Under the pieces are notes generated by a model. That model was not told the DNA's origin. It saw only the letters and a list, made by a program, of their open reading frames with translations, and ran no database searches. A stretch of 64,000 nt of DNA from assembly GCA_964479425.1 (NCBI GenBank), contig CAYZMD010000001.1:936-64935 (forward strand), in the 5' to 3' direction. Source of the stretch: an uncultured Methanosarcinales archaeon. Lineage in GTDB: Archaea; Nanobdellota; Nanobdellia; Woesearchaeales; CAYSVS01. A program made the translations under genes and the position numbers. Below, one piece after another: positions 57,667 to 64,000 of the stretch (within the stretch, counting starts at the first letter, position 1; each line of letters starts with the position of its first letter).

Positions 57667-58224
57667 CTATATAAGTTTTATTACTTTTAGAAGAGCTTCT
57701 TTTTTATCTCCTTTGAATTTCCATCCATCTTTTCTTTGAGATATTTTGTCTTTTTTAACTCTAGTATATGGTACTTGTTCCATTTGTTCTGCATCATAAA
57801 TAAGTAAAATATTTCTTGGAACATATTCTAAATCATGTTCTTCATCTTTTTCTTTGAATATACTTAGACATTTGTATAATGTACTTTTTTCAATATTTTC
57901 ATCAACTAAATGTTTCAATCCATAAATTTCAATATCTTCTGTTCCTTTTCTTTTATAGCCCCTGCCTTGTTTTTTTTCAACAGACCTAGTATCTAATCTA
58001 TCCCATCCTGTTTCTTCAATTTTATTACAAAATTGCTCTAATACTAACCCTGAATTATCGTTACAAATCTCCGCATTTATAAATCTAAAAACTACATTTT
58101 TCCCTTCATAATGTTGCATTAGATACTTATTTATTATTGAAGCAGAAGCTCTCATTGTATCATATTCTGCACGCTCAGTAGACCAATATTTTTTTGGCAT
58201 TTCCAAAATATGTTGCTTATTCAT
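57667..58224 (-). CDS. Hypothetical protein (185 aa)
   Basis: ORF with good coding character; no confident family assignment. Confidence 0.4.
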   Translation of the reverse strand: MNKQHILEMPKKYWSTERAEYDTMRASASIINKYLMQHYEGKNVVFRFINAEICNDNSGLVLEQFCNKIEETGWDRLDTRSVEKKQGRGYKRKGTEDIEIYGLKHLVDENIEKSTLYKCLSIFKEKDEEHDLEYVPRNILLIYDAEQMEQVPYTRVKKDKISQRKDGWKFKGDKKEALLKVIKLI

Positions 58225-58285
58225 ATAAGAATAAATATGAATCTATTATATAAACCTTTCGAAAACAACCACTACAAAGTGACAA

Positions 58286-58858
58286 CTATCTTTTCTTAAT
58301 ATTAACAATATTTCCTTCTAAATGAATAATATTACTAGCACTACCCTTTTTCTCGCCTTCATATATGCAGAAATGAACGCTTTTTTCAATATCGGGGTCT
58401 ATATCTTCTTGTGTTGTCATGAAGCTTTTACCAGTAATATTTGCACTAGTAGTACAGATTGGTTTTCCATATGATTGTACAAATCCTGAGAACCAATGGT
58501 TTGGAATTCTAACTCCTAAAGAATTTAATTCATGATTTACTAATTTACTTACACAATTATTATTTTTTAATTTTAAAATTAAAGTATATGGTCCAGGCAA
58601 TTTATCTATCCATTCTTGTGCCTCAGAATTAACCTCACAATTTTTAATAATCCATTCCTTGCTTGGAGCAATCACAGATATTGGTTTTGTTGGCATCTGT
58701 TTTATTTCTCTTAATTTTTCGACTGCTTTGTCAGAAGTGGCGTCACATCCGAGTCCATAAATTGTATCAGTAGGGTGAATAAATACATGTCCATCATCCA
58801 TTTCTTTAGCAAAAATATGTCCTTCGTACTGTAATTCTTCTTTTGTGACGTTTTTCAT
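58286..58858 (-). CDS. tsaC: L-threonylcarbamoyladenylate synthase (YrdC/Sua5 family, short form)
   Basis: HVFIHPTDTIYGLGCDA ... ISVIAP signature. Track start is TTG at 58939; ATG at 58858 (MKNVTKEEL). Confidence 0.75.
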   Translation of the reverse strand: MKNVTKEELQYEGHIFAKEMDDGHVFIHPTDTIYGLGCDATSDKAVEKLREIKQMPTKPISVIAPSKEWIIKNCEVNSEAQEWIDKLPGPYTLILKLKNNNCVSKLVNHELNSLGVRIPNHWFSGFVQSYGKPICTTSANITGKSFMTTQEDIDPDIEKSVHFCIYEGEKKGSASNIIHLEGNIVNIKKR

Positions 58859-58935
58859 ATTAATGGTTAAAGTACTGGCATTTTTAAAGCTTTTGCCATT
58901 AGGATAAAGTAGAAAATAAAAGGCGCTGATGGACC

Positions 58936-58958
58936 TCAACCTTTTAAGAAAAGGTTGA
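58936..58958. other. Perfect 10-bp hairpin TCAACCTTTTaagAAAAGGTTGA
   Basis: Downstream of tRNA-Cys on the minus strand, after an oligo-T tract; ~80 nt upstream of the tsaC ATG. Confidence 0.4.
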
Positions 58959-59003
58959 CCAAAACATAGTATTTCGTTTAACTCAATACATAAAGAAAAT
59001 AAA

Positions 59004-59075
59004 AGGCGCCGCTGGGACTTGAACCCAGGATCATCGGGTTGCAGCCGAACGCCTTAGCCGCTTGGCCACGGCGCC
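59004..59075 (-). tRNA. tRNA-Cys (GCA), no intron, no encoded CCA
   Basis: Minus-strand GGCGCCGTGGCCAAGCGGCTAAGGCGTTCGGCTGCAACCCGATGATCCTGGGTTCAAGTCCCAGCGGCGCC+U73. 7-bp acceptor stem. T-loop TTCAAGT. Anticodon loop CTGCAAC. Confidence 0.85.
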
Positions 59076-59094
59076 ATGAATATGAAATTAAAAA

Positions 59095-59250
59095 CGGGCC
59101 TGGAGGGATTCGAACCCACGGTCTATAGCTTACTTCTAAGCTTGCTTTGAAGTATTACAAAGCTTGCCTTTGAAATAGAAGGCTATCGCCCTATTTGCAC
59201 TACGTGCTAATCCTTGCGGTTAGCAAGTATCCAGGCTAGGCTACAGGCCC
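59095..59250 (-). tRNA. tRNA-Arg (UCU) with two putative introns: ~36 nt in the D-loop region (59192-59227) and 45 nt at the canonical 37/38 site (59131-59175)
   Basis: 155 nt between perfectly paired acceptor arms GGGCCTG/CAGGCCC, with T-arm GTGGGTTCGAATCCCTC. Anticodon arm ATAGC-CTTCTA|intron|A-GCTAT. The intron contains TAGAAG, complementary to the anticodon loop (BHB-like). Confidence 0.7.
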
Positions 59251-59328
59251 ATTGAACAGAAGAACTTTCTGTTAGTTTTTAAATATTTCGTACAAAACTA
59301 TTTAATTAGCAAAATACTTCTTAATTAT

Positions 59329-59949
59329 ATGTCCATTATTTCACTTATTCCGAGAAAAGTTAAAGCAAAAGGAAGCAATCCTAATTCTATTTTAGATTAT
59401 ACTTTATTGGAAAATTTTTTGTTTGAAGAAGAATTGATGTCCATTAGGCTACTTGATTCAGTAGATAAAATTTCAATAAATAAAGCACCAATAATTTTGT
59501 TTTATCCAGGCTGTGGTTCAGACATCTTAACACCATTAATTTATTTAGAGAAATTGTTTTGTAATAATAATTATTTTCATTTTATTTTTAATGATATTGA
59601 CAATACTTTTGATTTAATCAAAACAATTTTAGATGATGTTCAAATTCCATTTTCAGAAGATAATTCAAAAATCAATTTTTTTATTAATAATAAAAACATT
59701 ACTTTGGAATTTTTACAAGGAGATGTCTTTGAATTAATATATAATATAAAATATGATATTTATTTTGAAAGAACATTTAGAATAATGAAAGATAATCATC
59801 CAGAATATGAACATATTGCATATAATAATCTTAATAAAAATGGGGTTCTAATTTCTGACTCCGGTTTTCATAACGTAAAAAAACTTAATATTCCTAAGGA
59901 ATTAAGCGCTTACAAAGAAATGGTTATAGCAATAAAGGAACAGGATTAG
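59329..59949 (+). CDS. Hypothetical protein (possible Rossmann/methyltransferase-like PGCGSD motif)
   Basis: ILFYPGCGSDILTPL resembles SAM-MTase motif I; weak. Confidence 0.35.
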   Translation: MSIISLIPRKVKAKGSNPNSILDYTLLENFLFEEELMSIRLLDSVDKISINKAPIILFYPGCGSDILTPLIYLEKLFCNNNYFHFIFNDIDNTFDLIKTILDDVQIPFSEDNSKINFFINNKNITLEFLQGDVFELIYNIKYDIYFERTFRIMKDNHPEYEHIAYNNLNKNGVLISDSGFHNVKKLNIPKELSAYKEMVIAIKEQD

Positions 59950-60256
59950 CAAGATATTCTTTATGATCTTTTACTTCAAGTTCCAAATCATTTCCTGTTC
60001 TTCTTGCAATATCTTCTAGGCGGTCTTTTTCATTATAAAGAATTATTTTTAATATACTTAGTCCTGCTCTTCGAGCACTATTGACTCTTTTGTGTCCATC
60101 AGCAAATGAATAGAAATTATTAAACTTAATTGCAGGAATTCGTGGAATATCATCTGTCCATCCTTTTTCTTTGAAATGAAAAACTAGTTCTGGAATATAA
60201 TCAGTTGTAGGGTAACATTCTTTTACCAAGTCGCTATTTATTTCAAGTTCTTGCAT
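59924..60256 (-). CDS. ParB/sulfiredoxin-like nuclease-domain protein
   Basis: FADGHKRVNSARRAG resembles the ParB-N DGxHR motif. 110 aa. Confidence 0.45.
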   Translation of the reverse strand: MQELEINSDLVKECYPTTDYIPELVFHFKEKGWTDDIPRIPAIKFNNFYSFADGHKRVNSARRAGLSILKIILYNEKDRLEDIARRTGNDLELEVKDHKEYLANPVPLLL

Positions 60257-60288
60257 TTAATTTAATAAAAAAAGAATAAATAAAAGCT

Positions 60289-61389
60289 TTATGGTAACCA
60301 GCTTTTAGGATTATTTAACTTTTCAGGCAAATAATCTGAAATTACGAAATTAAGACCGTGCGCTGCTAACGCTTGCTGCTCTGCTCTTATTTTCATCTTT
60401 GCTAAATCGAGTAAGCATTTTTGCCATTCTTTATGATGATTAACAAATGGATCATTTTTAATTCCATCTTTTATCCTCTTTAAATCAACTTCTTTTAATG
60501 GATGTGATGGCAAATCATATTTTGTTATATCTTGCGCTGTTATTCCGAAAAATTTAGCTTTAGGTACACAAAAATATTCATTGATATGTGCTGCATTTCC
60601 ACTTCCAACCTTTAGTGTTCTGTAGATATTTAACCATCCGTATGGGTCTCCATCAGTAAATACATATACAGGAATCTTTTTCTCATCTGATAATTTTCTG
60701 ATAAATCTTCGAGTAGCTCTTGTTGGAACCCCTCCAAGAGAAATAAGAATACCGTTTGCTTTCTTCCAAAATTTATGTTTTACTAATCTTTGAAACATAC
60801 CGGCTGTCTCGATTGCTAAAACAAAGTCAGCATTAGTTTCAAATTTTAATTGTTCTACTGACGAAGGTATGCTATAAGCTCCGCTTCCAAATTTAGTACA
60901 ATCAATTTTTATTTCTTTTCCAGTTTCACTATCATAATCAATAACTGTTAGTTTTCCTGCAATATCTCCGCCCTTTTCTTCTGGCAAAAATCCCATTTGT
61001 TCTCTATTTACTCTCATCATGGCTTCAATATCATCCATAACAGTATCTGATTCGGGTTGCTCTTTGAATCTTGCTTCAGCCCAATTTTTACTTACATAAT
61101 ACGCTTCTCTTTTAGTTGCAATATCTTTAGTTTCAACTAGTTGTTTACTAAGCGCCATCATTCTTAGAGTTTGAGCAAATGTTTTTACTGTGTTTGCAGT
61201 CAATGTTCTTGACTTCATTTTACCAATTAGTTCAAAGAATCCTGCTTTCGCTTCATATTTTACATTACTTAATGATCTCAAAGGCATGCTAATCTCGGGT
61301 GGAATCTTTTTAATAATCTTTTTATATATATCATTAGAAACATCTTCTATCTCTTTGATGATATTTTTATTCTGTTTACTCATCATCAT
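60289..61389 (-). CDS. top6A: DNA topoisomerase VI subunit A (Spo11 homolog)
   Basis: Active-site region [10 protein letters not shown]. Toprim [11 protein letters not shown] (DxD). Track start is GTG; ATG at 61389 overlaps the top6B end. Confidence 0.85.
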   Translation of the reverse strand: MMMSKQNKNIIKEIEDVSNDIYKKIIKKIPPEISMPLRSLSNVKYEAKAGFFELIGKMKSRTLTANTVKTFAQTLRMMALSKQLVETKDIATKREAYYVSKNWAEARFKEQPESDTVMDDIEAMMRVNREQMGFLPEEKGGDIAGKLTVIDYDSETGKEIKIDCTKFGSGAYSIPSSVEQLKFETNADFVLAIETAGMFQRLVKHKFWKKANGILISLGGVPTRATRRFIRKLSDEKKIPVYVFTDGDPYGWLNIYRTLKVGSGNAAHINEYFCVPKAKFFGITAQDITKYDLPSHPLKEVDLKRIKDGIKNDPFVNHHKEWQKCLLDLAKMKIRAEQQALAAHGLNFVISDYLPEKLNNPKSWLP

Positions 61390-63025
61390 CACCCTTATCT
61401 TCTGGATCTTCTTTTCCTATTTTTGCAAATTCTTCGTCGTAGTCTTCATTCACTACTTTTATCTCTTCTAGTTTTCCACGCTTTTGTTCCAGGATTTCTT
61501 CTAGCATATGTACTATATTGCTTTCTTCAGAATCTTTTAATTTTAGAATTTCTTTAAGTCCAATTGCAACATGTGGAATATATTTTTCAATGTAGCTTCT
61601 TTTTTTAGCTTCGTCTGAAATATTTTTTCTTTTTCTAACGTAGCTTGCTAATTTTCTTCCAATTTCTTGCAAAGCTAATTTTATTTCTTTGATTATTTCA
61701 GGATAATGAGCAATTGCTTCTTTACTTTCACTAGTAAATGGAACCCATACCGATGCAATATGTACAACAATTGTACATGGTCCAATAGGCATATTCCCTG
61801 AACTTTGATTCATTCCATAACTTCTCCAGCCTGTTGTTACGACTGATTTTGTAACCGCGCAAGCTCCTTGTTGGAATAATAAAGGTACTCTATTTGCAAA
61901 TCTAACAAGCCTGATTGCATCGTCTCCTTTTTGCTCTCCGCCGTATGCTACTGCAGCTTCAATTGCGAAAGGATTACCTCTATATACAACAGGTGCTCTA
62001 GAAACAGAAGCATAAAATTCTGCATTAATTTCTTTTCTTAATCCTTTTTCGAGTAAGTCTGCTCCTATTGGAGAAATACAATCTGTTGGTGGATTAATTA
62101 ATTTAGTTTTCTTAATACCTTCCATTAACTTTTCAGCCATGTCTCTTGACATTTTTGTTGGTTTTGTTTTAGGAAGAAGTGCAGAATTTTCGCAAATTTG
62201 CTTTGCTGTTCCCGCTCCAACTCTTGAGAATTCTGTTGTTAAGAATTGTTGTAGAGTTTTTTCTTGAGAATATTTCATCATTCTCATTAATATTCCAAGT
62301 TCAACTCCATATGGATGTGGTTTAATCTCTTTTGGTTCTGCAGGTAAAGAATTTGCAGCTCTTGGAAAAATAATTTGTTCTGCTTTTGGATTAGTATATA
62401 TTATTGTAGCATGTGGATTTGAAATTGCTGTTTGTTTTAGGTATTCATCAATGCTCTGAAGTCCTTTGTGATAGCTTGCTTCAATATCTATTTCAATTTT
62501 TGTACCATGCTCTTTTGCCCAATCAACTATATCATCTTTAATAATTTCTGGAGCATTTTTTTGAGTATTAATTTTTAATTCATAATAATGTGCATCTTTT
62601 CCTTCTCCAATCGTAGAAGTTATTTTTGCAGGTCTTCCAGTAGTTAATTGTCCATACATGACACTTGCAGAAATACCAATACCTTGCTGTCCTCTACTTT
62701 GTTTCATACTATGAAATTTACTTCCATATAATAATTTAGCAAATATTTTAGGGATTTGTGCTTTTACAATTCCAGGTCCATTATCTTCAATAATAATTTT
62801 GAATCTATCATTTCCCATGTCAATAACTTCAACAATGATTTCTGGTAGAATTCTAGCTTCTTCGCATGCATCAAGTGAGTTGTCTACTGCTTCTTTTATA
62901 GTAGTCATTAAAGATTTTCTTTTGTTATCAAAACCTAATAAATGTCTATTTTTTGCAAAGAATTCACCTACTCCAATATCTCTTTGTTTTTTTGCTAATT
63001 CTTCAGCGCTAACTTTTCCTACCAT
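61376..63025 (-). CDS. top6B: DNA topoisomerase VI subunit B (GHKL ATPase)
   Basis: Bergerat fold [15 protein letters not shown] and G-rich GQQGIG boxes. 549 aa. Confidence 0.9.
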   Translation of the reverse strand: MVGKVSAEELAKKQRDIGVGEFFAKNRHLLGFDNKRKSLMTTIKEAVDNSLDACEEARILPEIIVEVIDMGNDRFKIIIEDNGPGIVKAQIPKIFAKLLYGSKFHSMKQSRGQQGIGISASVMYGQLTTGRPAKITSTIGEGKDAHYYELKINTQKNAPEIIKDDIVDWAKEHGTKIEIDIEASYHKGLQSIDEYLKQTAISNPHATIIYTNPKAEQIIFPRAANSLPAEPKEIKPHPYGVELGILMRMMKYSQEKTLQQFLTTEFSRVGAGTAKQICENSALLPKTKPTKMSRDMAEKLMEGIKKTKLINPPTDCISPIGADLLEKGLRKEINAEFYASVSRAPVVYRGNPFAIEAAVAYGGEQKGDDAIRLVRFANRVPLLFQQGACAVTKSVVTTGWRSYGMNQSSGNMPIGPCTIVVHIASVWVPFTSESKEAIAHYPEIIKEIKLALQEIGRKLASYVRKRKNISDEAKKRSYIEKYIPHVAIGLKEILKLKDSEESNIVHMLEEILEQKRGKLEEIKVVNEDYDEEFAKIGKEDPEDKGDDDE

Positions 63026-63083
63026 AGTATACCCTCTTTTATAACAAAAGTGGATTATAACTCATATAAAAAGTTTTTGTAGC

Positions 63084-63647
63084 TTAAGATTCGTTTAGAA
63101 TTCCTATTTGTCCTTCAATTTCTCTTCTTTTTGATTCTCTTCTTTTGTTTTCTAGCCATTTGTAAACATGAGAATGAGGACTTCCTGTTAATAAACTTTC
63201 AACAGCTTTTCGTGCATTAGCGACGTATTCTGGGAATCCAATAATTGCAATTGTTTTTCCATAAACACTAATGTAGGTTTCAGTTAACTGCTCTATTGTT
63301 CTTCTACTTTTTCCTTCTTGACCAATAACTCTTCCTTTTAGTCTTAAAGCCTTTTTTTGATTATCTCCAACGAAATCTTTTATATTGATAATTTCTAAGC
63401 TATAATCGCCTTTTAGAAGTAATCTTGCAAGTTCTGGATTAAATCCTCGACTTATTGCTCTAATAACTTCTTTTGCATTAAATAGTCCTAATGCATCTTC
63501 TCCATAAATGAAAACATCTCCTTCTTTGCTGTCCACTTCTAGTCTTGTAAGTGTCTGTTCTTCTATTTCTTCTTTAACGTCTCCTTTCTTACCTATTAGA
63601 ACAGCAATCCTATCTTTTGGTATTTTTAATTCATAATGGAATTCCAT
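63084..63647 (-). CDS. KH-domain RNA-binding protein (Dim2/Pno1-like ribosome biogenesis factor)
   Basis: Two KH-like modules with IGKKGDVKEEIE and IGQEGKSRRTIE GxxG loops. Located beside the RIO kinase gene. Confidence 0.7.
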   Translation of the reverse strand: MEFHYELKIPKDRIAVLIGKKGDVKEEIEEQTLTRLEVDSKEGDVFIYGEDALGLFNAKEVIRAISRGFNPELARLLLKGDYSLEIINIKDFVGDNQKKALRLKGRVIGQEGKSRRTIEQLTETYISVYGKTIAIIGFPEYVANARKAVESLLTGSPHSHVYKWLENKRRESKRREIEGQIGILNES

Positions 63648-63679
63648 AAATGAGAAGTAAATTTGCTTGTTTTTAAAGG

Positions 63680-64000
63680 TTATCTTTCTAATATCGATTT
63701 TAGAACTTTATCCTGATCAATTGTTAATCCTATTTTTGTAAAAAAGTTACATACATTCTTAACATCTCTTTTGATAAACCTTCCTGCATCAACACTATTA
63801 ATAGGACTAGTTTGACTAAAATCAATAAAATAAGGTTTGTCATCTTTTAATAATATATTGAATGCAGATAAATCAGCGTGAATAAATCCTGCCTTAAACA
63901 ATTTTTTCATGTTTACAATAACATCATCAAAAATTTTCTTTTTAGCTTTTGGTCTACAATTAACTAATTTTGGCGCGGGATCGTTATCTCCTATATATTC
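63680..64000 (-). CDS. rio: RIO-type serine/threonine kinase (partial; N-terminus beyond window end)
   Basis: Catalytic loop FIHADLSAFNIL and metal-binding FIDFSQ. The reading frame stays open from 63911 to 64000. Confidence 0.7.
   Translation of the reverse strand, partial: EYIGDNDPAPKLVNCRPKAKKKIFDDVIVNMKKLFKAGFIHADLSAFNILLKDDKPYFIDFSQTSPINSVDAGRFIKRDVKNVCNFFTKIGLTIDQDKVLKSILER

Noticed and set aside
57667-58224. 185-aa hypothetical considered as tRNA 2'-phosphotransferase (Tpt1/KptA) given the tRNA-processing neighbourhood.
   Set aside because: Could not find the conserved R-H-R-R/HGT residues by eye, so no functional call.
58859-58939. N-terminal extensions of tsaC (to 58939), pta (to 21906), rpl14e (to 28210), pelA (18750), top6A (61392), the 403-aa surface protein (18586) and tldE (7797) as given in the ORF track.
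   Set aside because: Checked the codons: these track starts are TTG/GTG, or extend into upstream genes or regulatory hairpins. An in-frame ATG matching the family N-terminus lies just downstream in each case.

Overview
AT-rich (~28-30% GC) archaeal segment, almost entirely coding. The core is a long minus-strand ribosomal-protein/secY cluster in canonical archaeal order (uL3 to uL15, SecY, DUF106, L34e, L14e, with aSUI1 and RNase P Rpp29 embedded; no adk/cmk). It is flanked by housekeeping genes: TyrRS, RFC small subunit, PheRS alpha and beta, Pelota, archease-RtcB, Sua5/YrdC, Topo VI A/B, Dim2-like KH protein, RIO kinase (partial), Hef helicase-nuclease, and a PriS primase carrying a PriL-like C-terminal Fe-S domain. 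Two tRNAs are present: tRNA-Cys, and a 155-nt tRNA-Arg(UCU) that appears to carry two introns. The fused primase, the multi-intron tRNA, the reduced cluster and the K/E-rich tails on ribosomal proteins together suggest a DPANN/nanoarchaeon-like reduced genome (inference). Accessory content of interest: (1) a giant (>1930 aa, 3' end beyond position 1) secreted/membrane-anchored protein with ~13 tandem 48-aa cysteine-rich modules plus a lipase-like alpha/beta-hydrolase domain, translationally coupled to a tandem-HTH protein; (2) a 5-gene cell-surface operon with three paralogous CARDB-like lipoproteins and two membrane proteins; (3) a nucleotide-metabolism island with a GalT-branch HIT protein overlapping a truncated AlaRS-catalytic-core-like gene, three NUDIX genes (two are wHTH-NUDIX fusions, each preceded by the same 14-16 bp palindrome), a beta-lactamase-fold hydrolase and a MazG-like gene; (4) a bacterial-type pta-ack pair divergent from a TrmB regulator; (5) GC-rich or repeat-bearing intergenic islands that may be small RNAs or operators. 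No CRISPR array, rRNA or obvious transposase seen. Many ORF-track starts are TTG/GTG; I shifted several to the first in-frame ATG.
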